Shown: in pieces, positions 39,165 to 49,293 of the stretch
Numbering within the stretch: position 1 is the first letter of the stretch
Layout: every line of letters starts with the position of its first letter
NCBI GenBank assembly: GCA_965203905.1
Contig: CBDBDQ010000005.1
Span: 6,016,001 to 6,080,000, forward strand
Reading direction: 5' to 3'
DNA: 64,000 nucleotides
DNA from: Spirochaetia bacterium
GTDB lineage: Bacteria; Spirochaetota; Spirochaetia; SZUA-6; Bin103
Made by a program: the position numbers and the translations under genes
The notes under the pieces: generated by a model
Seen by the model: only the letters and a program-made list of their open reading frames with translations
Told to the model about the DNA's origin: nothing
The model's database searches: none

Positions 39165-42100
39165 GATGCCATCCCCACGGTGAGCTCGGTCACGCTGCGC
39201 GAGCCAAAGGACACCTCCACGCTCTGCCATCCCTCCGCCGCCGCGACCGCCGCTTCGCTCCCGCCGACGGCAACCGAGGCGATCCTGCCTTCCAGCGCGT
39301 GCAGCTTGACCGCCGCCGACCCATGGCCGTGCAGCACCGCGGTGACGCTGCCGCCCGCCACCGCCACCTCCTCCAGGTGCACCTTGTCGTCCTCCACCAG
39401 CAGCGCCAGGGCCCCGCACCGGGTGACCGCGCTGATCCTGCCCTCGCGCACCGCCAACTCGACCCAGGCGTCCCCCAGCCGCAGCCGGCACGCCTTCTCG
39501 TTGTCCGCGGCGGTCCAGTCGGTGTTCAGCAGGTGGATCGTCTGCACGCCGCCATCCTCCTCCCGGACGGTGTAGTACACGTCGCCGCTCACGTCCTCCA
39601 GCTCCACCGGCCACGGGATGGTCTGCGCCAGCGCCCGCACCAGCGGCTTCACGAACGGCACCAGGCGCGAGTTGCCGGGGTACTCGTGCGTGCACAGCAG
39701 GTACGCCTCCCCCTCCCCCACCCGGTGGCGCACCAGCACGGGTGCGCCGGTGGCGAGGTCGGTCGCCAGCACCTCGGCGCCGGCCAGCTCCACCTCGGCC
39801 AGGTCCACCAGCGGATGCTGGGGCACCACCGGTGGCGGCGTCGAGGTCGTGGACACCTGGAAGAAGCCGCCCACCGGGTTGTGGGAGACTGCGGGATTCC
39901 CCTGGATCCGGCCAAGACGCGGCCCGCGGCCCTTCACGGCGACGCCGAACAGGTCGCGGAAGTCGCCGTCCCGGACCAGGTTCAGAGGCTCCAGGTCCTC
40001 GACCAGGAAGCGGCGCGACTCGTTGCCGGTGGCGTGCGGCACGCTCATGAACAGCCGTCCGCCCTGCTCCACGTAGGCGCGCAGGCTCCCGTACTGCGCC
40101 TCGTCCATCGTGTTCCAGCCCAGCAGCAGCAGCAGCTTGTATTGCGCCAGGATCTCCCCGGGCGCGTCGATCGGTGCCAATTCGATCTCGCCGAGCGGTG
40201 TGCCGCAGTACCAGCGGCGCAGGATTTCCGGGGTCTGCTCCAGGTTGGGAAGCCAGACCCCGGGGAAGAACAGGTCCAGGTAGCGCAGGCCGTACTCCGG
40301 GGTGAGGGGCCGCCACTCCGGTCCCATGGCGCCGAAGTTGCGCCACACCACCGCCGGGGCGTTGTCCTGGCCGAGCGGATCGGTGCGCGAGATGCCGTCG
40401 GTCACGTCGCAGGCGTAGCGGCCGATCAGGCAGGCCTGCCTCACGCTCAGCGTGCCGCGCCGCGGGTGGGAACCCGCGTAGCGGTAGAACTCCTTCAGAA
40501 TCTGCTGGCGCATCCGCGGGATGTAGTCGCCGCGGCCGTACACCCGGCAGTGCTGGGTGCGGTACAGGTTCTCCTCGTCGTTGACCTGCACGGCGCCGGC
40601 CACGTAGGCCAACTGCAGCGACAGCCGCCACATTCTCAGGTGATAGCGCCGTTCGGGAACCACGTGGCCCCCCTCCGCCTGGTAGGTGCCCCAGAGCCGT
40701 CGATAGGCGCGCGCCGCGCCCCGCGCGTCGGCCACCAGCAGTGTGTTGTGGCTCTTGTTGAACTGGCTCAGGGTCCAGGCCATGCCCGCCTCGCAGGCGT
40801 AGGCGTGGATGCCGGAGCTGCTGATCAGGGCCAGGTTCGGCATCTGCGGGTCGGCTTCGTGTACCCACGCCACGAGTCCCCGCTGGTAGGCCATGTAGTT
40901 CTCGTACGCGGTGCGCATCGTGCGCCGCTCCGCGGAGATATTGCTCGGCAGCCGCTCCGGCATCACCGCGTAGCCCCAGAGAAAGCCGTCGTACTCGCTC
41001 CAGTAGTAGCCGCTGAACAGCGGCCCCAGGATGTCGCGCTGCTCCTTGGCCCAGTGCCGATCGAACTGGCTCGCGGCCTGCATGCTCAAGCCGAGGCGCT
41101 TGCAGCAGGCCGCGATGGCGAGCCCCCGCGCATGCACGTGGCAGCCCCGGAACACCAGTATGTTCCCCAACTGGTTGTCGCTGAAATGTTGCAGCACTTC
41201 TTCCAGGTAGCCGGGGATCTCCTTGCACATCATGCCGTCTTCGAACCCCACCAGCATCGGGTGCGGTTCCGCGCGGCTGGCGACCACCTGCTCGATACGA
41301 CCCTCGCAGCGGGCGGCGGCCGAAGCGAAGGCGACGACCGCGTCGGCCAGGGGCTCCTCCGCCTTGAGCCTGAGCCGATGGCGGCCCGCGCCCAGCGGCT
41401 CGGGAATCGGGTCCAGCAGGATGACGCCCCGTGGCAGGTGGGCCTGCACCTGCCGCTGCTCGCTGCGGCACAGGAGCTCGATCTCGAACTCGCTGCCGCG
41501 CACCACCCACGCCGGGCATACCGTCACTTCGAGATCCTCCAGCCGGCGTTCCTCGAAGTACACGCGGGCGATCATCAGGTGGTGTTGCGAATCGAGGTTG
41601 GTGATGCGCAGCCGGTTGACTCCGGGCGCCAGCCGCTGCACCGGCAGCACCACCTCCAGCTCCTCGATCGTCGGTACCCAGACGTGCCAGAAGGTCTGCG
41701 TCCCGCGGGCGACCTCGCTGCCGTTGAGCTCGATCGCGTACGGGAGATCCTCGATGATCGTGTCCGTTCCGGGGTTCCACCTGCCTGCGCGCGCATCAAC
41801 CCGATCCGGCGTCTCGCCGGGGATGACCACGGTTGACGCCCACCGGATCACGGCCGCGATGGCCGCGCGCCCGTCCCGCATCGACTCCTGCCGGCGGAAG
41901 GAACGCGGGACGTTCACCTCCACGCCGCGGCCGGGAAGCGCCCACGCCCAGTCGATCCGGAAGCAGCGGTGCACCGGGCCCCGGAAGCTGGGCGCCTCGG
42001 CCAGGTCGCGCCAGCGGCCGTCGGCCGCCGTGAGCTGCCGCAGGTCGCGCGCATCGTCGAGGTTGGGGTCGTCGTCGTCGAAGAACGCCGACAGGTTCAC

Positions 42101-42472
42101 GTTGCTGTAGCGCGCCCCCACGTGGGTGGTGATGATCCGCTCGCGGCGCAGCCGGCGCAGGGTGAAGCGCAGGCTGGCGGTGCGGGTGACGATTTCGAGC
42201 TCGCTGTTCAGGTCGCCTTCGACCTCCAGGACCACTCCCCCCATGCGGTTCTGGACGGTGTCCTGCTGCCAGTACCAGCGCGGCTCGTCCAGGGGAGCCA
42301 GTGCGATCCGCTGGTCCCCGTAGGACGCGCGCACGTGCATATACCAGGAGCGGACGATCCTGCCGCCGCGCACCCTGGCCGCACCGTCCCAGCAGTACTC
42401 CTGGTGCTGCCACGGATAGGGGGCGTAGAACATCAGGTAGCCCCACTGCACCCGTACTCGATGCAGCGCCAT
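39161..42472 (-). CDS. Large hypothetical protein (1103 aa), possible carbohydrate-active enzyme
   Basis: Translationally coupled at both ends; C-terminal YKLLLL...LRAYVEQGGRL resembles the GH42 trimerisation domain. Confidence 0.75.
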   Translation of the reverse strand: MALHRVRVQWGYLMFYAPYPWQHQEYCWDGAARVRGGRIVRSWYMHVRASYGDQRIALAPLDEPRWYWQQDTVQNRMGGVVLEVEGDLNSELEIVTRTASLRFTLRRLRRERIITTHVGARYSNVNLSAFFDDDDPNLDDARDLRQLTAADGRWRDLAEAPSFRGPVHRCFRIDWAWALPGRGVEVNVPRSFRRQESMRDGRAAIAAVIRWASTVVIPGETPDRVDARAGRWNPGTDTIIEDLPYAIELNGSEVARGTQTFWHVWVPTIEELEVVLPVQRLAPGVNRLRITNLDSQHHLMIARVYFEERRLEDLEVTVCPAWVVRGSEFEIELLCRSEQRQVQAHLPRGVILLDPIPEPLGAGRHRLRLKAEEPLADAVVAFASAAARCEGRIEQVVASRAEPHPMLVGFEDGMMCKEIPGYLEEVLQHFSDNQLGNILVFRGCHVHARGLAIAACCKRLGLSMQAASQFDRHWAKEQRDILGPLFSGYYWSEYDGFLWGYAVMPERLPSNISAERRTMRTAYENYMAYQRGLVAWVHEADPQMPNLALISSSGIHAYACEAGMAWTLSQFNKSHNTLLVADARGAARAYRRLWGTYQAEGGHVVPERRYHLRMWRLSLQLAYVAGAVQVNDEENLYRTQHCRVYGRGDYIPRMRQQILKEFYRYAGSHPRRGTLSVRQACLIGRYACDVTDGISRTDPLGQDNAPAVVWRNFGAMGPEWRPLTPEYGLRYLDLFFPGVWLPNLEQTPEILRRWYCGTPLGEIELAPIDAPGEILAQYKLLLLLGWNTMDEAQYGSLRAYVEQGGRLFMSVPHATGNESRRFLVEDLEPLNLVRDGDFRDLFGVAVKGRGPRLGRIQGNPAVSHNPVGGFFQVSTTSTPPPVVPQHPLVDLAEVELAGAEVLATDLATGAPVLVRHRVGEGEAYLLCTHEYPGNSRLVPFVKPLVRALAQTIPWPVELEDVSGDVYYTVREEDGGVQTIHLLNTDWTAADNEKACRLRLGDAWVELAVREGRISAVTRCGALALLVEDDKVHLEEVAVAGGSVTAVLHGHGSAAVKLHALEGRIASVAVGGSEAAVAAAEGWQSVEVSFGSRSVTELTVGMAS

Positions 42473-45400
42473 CACGACGCCTCCTGCGCTCTGGCGGCGT
42501 CGAAGAGCTCGATGCGTACCGGCCCGAGGAGTCCCGACGGGGACACCTGGCCCGGCTTGTCGCGGCGCCCCGCTTCGGCCCAGAACATGTGGTTGGACAG
42601 CAGGTTGGAGGCGATCACCCGCACGTCGTTCCTTCCCGCTACCACGTAGCGCGTGATGTCGAAGGAGTAGGGGGGCCAGATCCGCGCCCCGACCGGGCGC
42701 GCGTTGATCCACAGCTCGGCCGACTCCTTCACCTCGCCGAGGTCCAGGATCACCTTCCTGCCGGCGGGGTCCGGCAACTCCACTTCCTTGTCGTACTGGG
42801 CGAACCCGCTGTACCACCACAGCCCGTGGTCGACCCAGGAGCCCGGCTCGACCTGTTGCGGCCGGCAGCGGAACTCGAACGCGCCCGTGATGCCGTACTG
42901 GTCCGCCGTCGAGCGGCACTCGACCGCCAGCACGCCCGGCTTCCCTCCCCGATGGGGGATGTCGAGCCAGCCCGATTCCATCTCGGTGCGTTCCGTCGCC
43001 ACCCGCAGCCGGATGCCGTCGACGTACAGCACGTATTGGCAGTTGATCGGAATGGGGAGCTTGATGGCATCCGCACCCGGCGGAATGACGGTGCGGAAGA
43101 TGCGGCTCCCGTACCAGTCGTCGTAGAGCAGGGGCCGGCGCGCGCAGTGCACCAGGTCCCAGCCCGAATCGTCGAAGTCGGGCTGCGGGAACTGCTCCCA
43201 GACCTCCGGTTCGAAGCGCATGGGGTCCTCGTCGTAGATCTGGGTGGTCCGAAACACCGGTACCGCAACGATGGCGGGCACGTGGCCGTAGGCCCGGAGA
43301 TTGGGGTCCTCGCCCGGCAGCGGCTTGAACAGCCAGGTACCCGTGACCGGCAGCGTGGCGGCCGGCTCGCCGGTGGTTTCCAAAGGCAGGGCGGGCAACC
43401 CGTCGTCCACGTGTTCTCCAAGCAGAATGTAGGGGGCCGCGTAGGGGCCGAGCCGCAGCGTGACCGCGGTGCCGTTGCCCTCCCGCTTCCATTCGCCGCG
43501 GAAGGCCTCGCCGGTTTCGCTGTTCCAGATCGCAACCCGCCCGGTCGCCCGCAGCCTCAGCGTCACCGTCATCTCGGTGGGCCGGGTGTTGCAGACCAGG
43601 TACACCTCGGTGGTGCTTCCGGAAGGGTCCGTGATCCTGCGGTGGCAGGCGTCGATCGCCTCCGCGTCGCCGCCGGTCACCACGATGTCGGGCTCGATCA
43701 GGCGGCGCAGCAACGCGACCAGCGCGTCTGCATCCGCCACCGTGTGCGCCCGCGAGCGCAGGTCCCGCACCGCGGCAGTGAGGCCGGCGTCGTCCCTGCC
43801 CCGCTCCATCGAGATCGAGGGCCAGCGGCCGACCGCCACCAGGATGCCGCCGGCATCCACCAGCTCGCGGAATCTCGCCACGTCGGAGCCGCGGATGGTG
43901 TTCATCGGCGGCACCACCAGGCAGCGGAACCGCTCCCCGGCGATGGCGAGCGTGCCGTCCCCAATCGCTGCTTCCGCCAGCCCCTGCGAGTCGATCACGT
44001 CGTGGTCGAGCTGGTTCCGCATCAGCGTGTCGATGATCGCGTTGAACACGATCGGATCATCCGGAGTCCCCGCGCCCTTGGGGTAATAGACGCCGCTGGC
44101 GTGGGCCTGGGGAAGACCGAGGCCCCTGCCGCCGCGGGCGTCGCCCCACCACGACACCAGGGGATAGAACACGGCGATGTCGGCCACGTGCACGCCCTGC
44201 CGGTTGATCCAGTTCTGCCGCGCCGTCATGTCGGCCAGCCGGCGGTAGTACTTCCAGAACGGGTTCTGGAAGAAGAAGCTCGGCGGGCATTCGCTCTTGG
44301 CGCTCTCCACGGACTGGAAGAACGCGTGCGGGATGGTGTGGGTCACGCCCGCCACCGCCAGTTGGTTGTACGCCAGCCTGGTGTCCCTCAGCGTTGCCGC
44401 CCAACCGTCCATGCCGCCGATCGACTCGCACACCAGCACGCGCTTTCCCGAGATGTGGGAAACACCTTGCGCGAGCTTGATCTCGCTGTAGTTCTTGTAG
44501 CCCCCCAGGCTGTCGGTCCCCGGCCACTGCTGCCGCCGCAGCAGGCGGTAGGGATCCGCGGCCCAGGTCCAGCGGTGGATCTCCTCGAACGCGTGTCCGG
44601 TCAGGGCAATGCCGTGGGCATCGCACCAGTCGGCGAGCTGGCCGATGAAGCTCTCGGCGAACAGGTGCGCCACCACGTCCCAGTAGTCGCAGCGCACTTT
44701 TTCAGTAGTGGCGCCGGCGTCGTAGAACAGGTGCTGCAGGTTGGCGACGATGTCGTAACCCTTCAGACGCTCGAACTCCTGCGGAAAGCGATCGGTCCAG
44801 GTGAAGCAACCGGCCGAGAACGGCCCCGACTCGTCGTAGAAGATCGACTTGATGGTGGTGCCGAAGTAGTGCCCGAACCGCTTCGCGTATTGCTCGTGCG
44901 TGTACTCGATGAAGCGCCGCGTCGGCTCCGGGGCGAGATAGTCGATCAGGCCCCCGCAGCCGGGCGCGATGGGCGACGGGTGGCTGCTGCGCACGGTGAA
45001 CAGGACGATCGCCTCGAATTTTCCCGCGGGCACATCGACCACTACCTCGGCTGCTTCGGGAGCGGGGACCGGCAGATCCGTTGCCGCCTGAAAATCCAGC
45101 GTGTCGTCCTCCGTCAGCGGCACCAGCAGGACCCTCAGGTAGTCCTCGCGCTCGCTGAAGTTGGTCAGCATGTCGATCCGCAGCGGCCGGTCGTCGCAGT
45201 CGTCGAAGGTCACCCGCGCCGGTCCGGTCACGGTCCGTGCCCGGATGCTGATGCCCAGGCTGCGATACGGGACGTGCGCCGTGACCCGGCCCCCGGCGGG
45301 ACCGCTGGACCAGTTGAACTCGTCGTACAGGTGGATCGTGAAGCCGGTCTCGCTCGCCTTACGCAGCAACTGCTCCATGGCGGCCCAGAAGCGGTCGCTG

Positions 45401-45588
45401 AGGTAGTCGCGGCGGTCCATCCCGTACCTGGGATGGGGCATGGCCTGCAGCACGCCCTGACTGGCCATCTCCTCGATCTGCCGGGCCCACTCGTGGCCGT
45501 CGACCTCTCCGTTCAGAAACCAGAACGGAATCTGGGTGCAAGAATTCGGTGGGGTCCGGAACCCCCGGTAGAGCTGGTCGAGATTCAT
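42472..45588 (-). CDS. GH106-like glycoside hydrolase (alpha-L-rhamnosidase-like)
   Basis: PFWFLNG, LYDEFNWSSG, FYDE, LTGH, LDLGEV...PPYSFDIT, SGLLGPV. Confidence 0.8.
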   Translation of the reverse strand: MNLDQLYRGFRTPPNSCTQIPFWFLNGEVDGHEWARQIEEMASQGVLQAMPHPRYGMDRRDYLSDRFWAAMEQLLRKASETGFTIHLYDEFNWSSGPAGGRVTAHVPYRSLGISIRARTVTGPARVTFDDCDDRPLRIDMLTNFSEREDYLRVLLVPLTEDDTLDFQAATDLPVPAPEAAEVVVDVPAGKFEAIVLFTVRSSHPSPIAPGCGGLIDYLAPEPTRRFIEYTHEQYAKRFGHYFGTTIKSIFYDESGPFSAGCFTWTDRFPQEFERLKGYDIVANLQHLFYDAGATTEKVRCDYWDVVAHLFAESFIGQLADWCDAHGIALTGHAFEEIHRWTWAADPYRLLRRQQWPGTDSLGGYKNYSEIKLAQGVSHISGKRVLVCESIGGMDGWAATLRDTRLAYNQLAVAGVTHTIPHAFFQSVESAKSECPPSFFFQNPFWKYYRRLADMTARQNWINRQGVHVADIAVFYPLVSWWGDARGGRGLGLPQAHASGVYYPKGAGTPDDPIVFNAIIDTLMRNQLDHDVIDSQGLAEAAIGDGTLAIAGERFRCLVVPPMNTIRGSDVARFRELVDAGGILVAVGRWPSISMERGRDDAGLTAAVRDLRSRAHTVADADALVALLRRLIEPDIVVTGGDAEAIDACHRRITDPSGSTTEVYLVCNTRPTEMTVTLRLRATGRVAIWNSETGEAFRGEWKREGNGTAVTLRLGPYAAPYILLGEHVDDGLPALPLETTGEPAATLPVTGTWLFKPLPGEDPNLRAYGHVPAIVAVPVFRTTQIYDEDPMRFEPEVWEQFPQPDFDDSGWDLVHCARRPLLYDDWYGSRIFRTVIPPGADAIKLPIPINCQYVLYVDGIRLRVATERTEMESGWLDIPHRGGKPGVLAVECRSTADQYGITGAFEFRCRPQQVEPGSWVDHGLWWYSGFAQYDKEVELPDPAGRKVILDLGEVKESAELWINARPVGARIWPPYSFDITRYVVAGRNDVRVIASNLLSNHMFWAEAGRRDKPGQVSPSGLLGPVRIELFDAARAQEAS

Positions 45589-45593
45589 GGTTT

Positions 45594-46484
45594 CTAAGCC
45601 TTGATCGCGCCGATCATCAGTCCCTTGACGAAGTACCGCTGCATGTAGGGGTACACGAACAGCACCGGCAGCGTTACTACCATGGTGATGGTCATCTGAA
45701 TGCTCCTGGGGCTGATCTGTTTCCTCTGATCTTCCATGATCAGCGCGGTAATGTCGGAGGTGGATATGCTGGAAGCGGTCTGCAGGAACTCCCACAGCAG
45801 GAACTGCAACGTGCGCAGGTTCCGCTCCGGCACGTACAGCAGGTTGTCCCACCATGAGTTCCACTGGCCGACCGCGCCGAAGACGGCGATCGTGGCCAGG
45901 ATCGGCAGCGACAGGGGGAACACTATCCTCACGTATATGGTGAGGTAGTTGGCACCGTCGATCTTGGCCGAGTCTTCGAGCGCCGTCGGCAACTGCTCGA
46001 TGAAGGTCTTCACCAGGATGACGTTGAACACCGCCACGATGCCCGGCACGATGTAGACGAAGAAGTTGTTGTAGAGTCCGATCCGGCGCATCAACAGGTA
46101 CACGGCTATGAGGCCGCCGCTGAAGTACATCGTGAGGATGAAGAAGCGGTAGACGAGCCTTCTCAGAGGCATCTCCCGGCAGGTCAGCAGGTATCCCAGG
46201 AAGCCTGAGCAGAACACCATCAAGCCGGTCTGAATGACGGTTCTGGCTACCGATATCAGCGCCGCCCGGCCGATCCCGGGGAGCTGCAGCACGCGCTCGT
46301 AGTTGCGTCCGGTCACCGCCACCGGCGCCAGCGTCAGGCCGGCGCCGGCGAGCGCCGAATCACTGATCGAGTAGATGAAGATGTAGTACAGCGGGTAGCA
46401 GCAGATGATCGCGTAGAGCAGCAGAACGGTGTAGTTCACGGCATTCGCCAGGAGCGTCTTCCACGACCGCTGTCCCAGGTACAT
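45594..46484 (-). CDS. Carbohydrate ABC permease
   Basis: YFSGGLI, DSAKIDGA, YPYMQRYFVKG. Confidence 0.93.
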   Translation of the reverse strand: MYLGQRSWKTLLANAVNYTVLLLYAIICCYPLYYIFIYSISDSALAGAGLTLAPVAVTGRNYERVLQLPGIGRAALISVARTVIQTGLMVFCSGFLGYLLTCREMPLRRLVYRFFILTMYFSGGLIAVYLLMRRIGLYNNFFVYIVPGIVAVFNVILVKTFIEQLPTALEDSAKIDGANYLTIYVRIVFPLSLPILATIAVFGAVGQWNSWWDNLLYVPERNLRTLQFLLWEFLQTASSISTSDITALIMEDQRKQISPRSIQMTITMVVTLPVLFVYPYMQRYFVKGLMIGAIKA

Positions 46485-46493
46485 CGCCTCTCC

Positions 46494-47399
46494 CTAGAAA
46501 ATCTTGTGTCCCTGGGCGAACTTGGAGAGGTGGTTCGCGGTGAACAGGAGAATCACCGAGACCACGCTCTTGAAGATCCCCACCGTGAGGCTGAAGGAGT
46601 ACTGCTGATACACGATGCCCAACCGGTAGGTGTACAGGTCGATGGTCTCGAGCCGGTCGATCACCAGCGGGTTCTGGTACACGAATATCTTCTCCAGGTC
46701 GGAGCTGATGAGCCCGCTGATGGACAGCAGCAGCAGCACGAAGTAGGCGGGCAGGACGCCGGGCAGCGTGACGTGCACGATGCGCCGCCAGGCGCCGCCG
46801 CCATCCATCGCCACCGCCTCGTACAGCTCCTGATCGATGGCGGTAATCGCGGCCAGGTAGACGATCGACCCCCAGCCCAGCGACTTCCACACTCCCAGGG
46901 CGGTCTGGAAGTACCACGTCGCGTCCCGGTTGCTCAGCAGGCGGATCGGTTGCAACCCCGCCCGCTCCAGCAACAGGTTGAGCATGCCGTCGTTCCCGAT
47001 CATCGAAAAGGACAGCGAGAACACGATCACCCAACTCACGAAATGGGGGAACGTCGAAACCGTCTGGACGCTCCTCCTGAACCATGCGATGCGAACCTCG
47101 GAGAGCAGGATCGCGAACACCACCGGCAGTGGCGTAGCCAGTAGTTGCAGCACGCTCATGGCCACCGTGTTGAGCATGATGCGCGGAAAGTCGAAGCCGC
47201 CGAACATCGCCCGGTAGTAGTAGAGTCCGACAAATTCCGAGCGCCACACGGGGCGTCCCGGAACGAATTTGAAGACCGAGTAGAGCCAGCCCCACAGCGG
47301 CAGGTAGGAAAAGATGAGGACGTAAACTACGAACGGGATGACCAGAAACAGCAGGCCGAGGTCGTACCGCTTCCCGTTCCTGATGAATCTCAGCGTCAT
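46494..47399 (-). CDS. Carbohydrate ABC permease
   Basis: YLPLWGW, PHFVSWV, ELYEAVAMDGG. Confidence 0.93.
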   Translation of the reverse strand: MTLRFIRNGKRYDLGLLFLVIPFVVYVLIFSYLPLWGWLYSVFKFVPGRPVWRSEFVGLYYYRAMFGGFDFPRIMLNTVAMSVLQLLATPLPVVFAILLSEVRIAWFRRSVQTVSTFPHFVSWVIVFSLSFSMIGNDGMLNLLLERAGLQPIRLLSNRDATWYFQTALGVWKSLGWGSIVYLAAITAIDQELYEAVAMDGGGAWRRIVHVTLPGVLPAYFVLLLLSISGLISSDLEKIFVYQNPLVIDRLETIDLYTYRLGIVYQQYSFSLTVGIFKSVVSVILLFTANHLSKFAQGHKIF

Positions 47400-47415
47400 G
47401 TGACCGCACCGAGCA

Positions 47416-47459
47416 CAGACGGCAGCATGTTTCGCACTGCAATCATCTGCTGCCGTCTG
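47416..47459 (-). other. Stem-loop between binding-protein and permease genes
   Basis: Perfect 12-bp stem CAGACGGCAGCA/TGCTGCCGTCTG. Confidence 0.7.
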
Positions 47460-47484
47460 CCCCGGTGGCTACCGCGTCAACTCC

Positions 47485-49181
47485 TTACAGCGGCGGCTTC
47501 GGCCCCATTTCGGTCTTCAGCCGATTGTAGTTCGACACGTACCAGTCACGAATCTGGTCGTAGCCGGCGTTCTTGATGTCGGCAATCAACTGATCCCGTC
47601 CGGCGCGAAACTCGGCATCGTTGGCGGCCAGCACGATCTGCGGCACGCGCCGCTCCACGAGCGTGTTGACTTCGCTGTCGATGCGCCTCATCTCGTCCGA
47701 CATCAGGGGCATGTTGTAGATCACCCGGTAGTCGAGGTTGGCGGCGGTAGCGATCGTTCCTGCCGCCATGTAATTGTTCCAATGCCCCTCCGGGTTCTGC
47801 ACCCCGTAGTACTGCGCATAGTCGAGGTCGGTCGCGTTGAGCAGCTTGGCGACCGCTTCGTCGGTGTTGAACAACTGCACCGGCTGGCCATCGGAATGCA
47901 TGTATCCCTGGGTGTTGGCCCCCCAGCCGAGCATGTCGATACCGGTCGCCGACCAGTCTTCGCCACCGGCCGCTCGGAGGTCCAGGGTCATTTGCCTGAC
48001 GCTCCCCTTGCCGTCGACGAAGTCCCAGTGGATGCCCTCCACGCCAGTGGACAGGGTGCGCATGCCGTGCTCGCTGAAACCCCAGTCGAACAGCCGCATC
48101 ACCGCCTCGATCTTGTCCTGGGCCTTGGCCGAGATGGTGCGGAAGTTGGCCGACCCGAAGCGCAGGTCCTGGCCGCCCCAGATGCCGCCGCCCTCGATGG
48201 GAACGGCCACCAGGCCTCTCCCCTCCTTGGCGTGAATCGCGTCCCAGGCGCGGGCGAAGCCGCCGGCCCGAATGGTCATGCCGACGTACTGGCCCTTGGC
48301 CATCTTGGCGGCGAGCTCCGAACGCTCCCTGGCGATCAGCGTATCGGGATCGAGAATGCCGGCCTGGTTCTGCTTGTAGTAGAACTCGGCCATTCTCCAC
48401 AACGGAGAATCGGTATTGTAGTAGTTCTCCACCGGGTCGGTGGTCCGGTTGTCGAGCACGATGCCCCAGGTTTCCGTGTTCTGGTAGCCGTACCAGGCCG
48501 ACATCGGGATGGTCAGTCCCCACAGGTTGGACACCCTGCCGCCGATGCCGTACACGCGCAGACCCTCGTCGGTCTGCGGATTGATCCTCACCATCTCCGC
48601 CGCGGCCGCCACGATGTCGTCGATGGTGGTGAGCTTCGGCGTGCCGATCTCCTTGTACAGGTCCCAGCGGAAACAGAGCTGCAGCGAGGGATACTGCCCG
48701 AAGATGACCGGGTCGTTGACCATCAACTCGCCCGGAAGTCCATAGAAGAGACCGTTCTCGTCGGCCCAGTTCTCGGCCACGAACGGCAACGCCAGTGCCG
48801 CGGTCTTCTTGATGTTGGGACCGTACTGCTCGATCAGGTCATTGAGGGGCAGAATGTACCCCGCTTCCTGCAGCGGAGCTCTCTCGAAGGCCTCGATGAT
48901 GAACATGTCCGGCAGGTCACCCGACGCCAGCCTCACGGCCTTCTCGTCGCCGCTCCTCCAGCCATCCCGCACGTACTTCACGCCCAGGGTGTCCTGGATG
49001 TACTGCGAGACGGGATTGTCCGGGTAGTCGTTCCACTTCCAGTTTCCGAACCCCCCGGTAACTTCGACGAGCGCCCCGCTGTCGGCCCCCGTTTCTTCCC
49101 TGCGGGAGACGCCTGAAGCTGGGTTGCCACCAGCAACGCAGCGCAAACGACCAGTCCTCGGAACAAGGCACTGTTAACCAT
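47485..49181 (-). CDS. Carbohydrate-binding protein, frameshift near 49100 separating the signal peptide
   Basis: GAGGAG RBS, MVNSALF signal peptide in another frame; LASGDLPDM, RWDLYKEIG, GVEGIHW. Confidence 0.85.
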
Positions 49182-49216
49182 GTGCTCCTCCTCGGGGGCC
49201 TTACCGCTCCCCTTGA

Positions 49217-49261
49217 GACAAGTTAGCTTGTCACCATAGACCGGCGGCCCGCTGCCGTCAA
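49217..49261 (-). promoter_or_regulatory. Promoter plus palindromic operator
   Basis: TTGACG-17-TATGGT followed by GACAAG-N4-CTTGTC. Confidence 0.6.
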
Positions 49262-49293
49262 GGAAGAAACCGGGGAACCGCAAGCATCGGGGT

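Noticed and set aside
36396-45864. Very long ORF calls (1794, 1443, 1130 aa) and antisense ORFs (1098, 845, 721 aa)
   Set aside because: N-terminal extensions overlap real genes in other frames; antisense ORFs are high-GC shadows with no motifs
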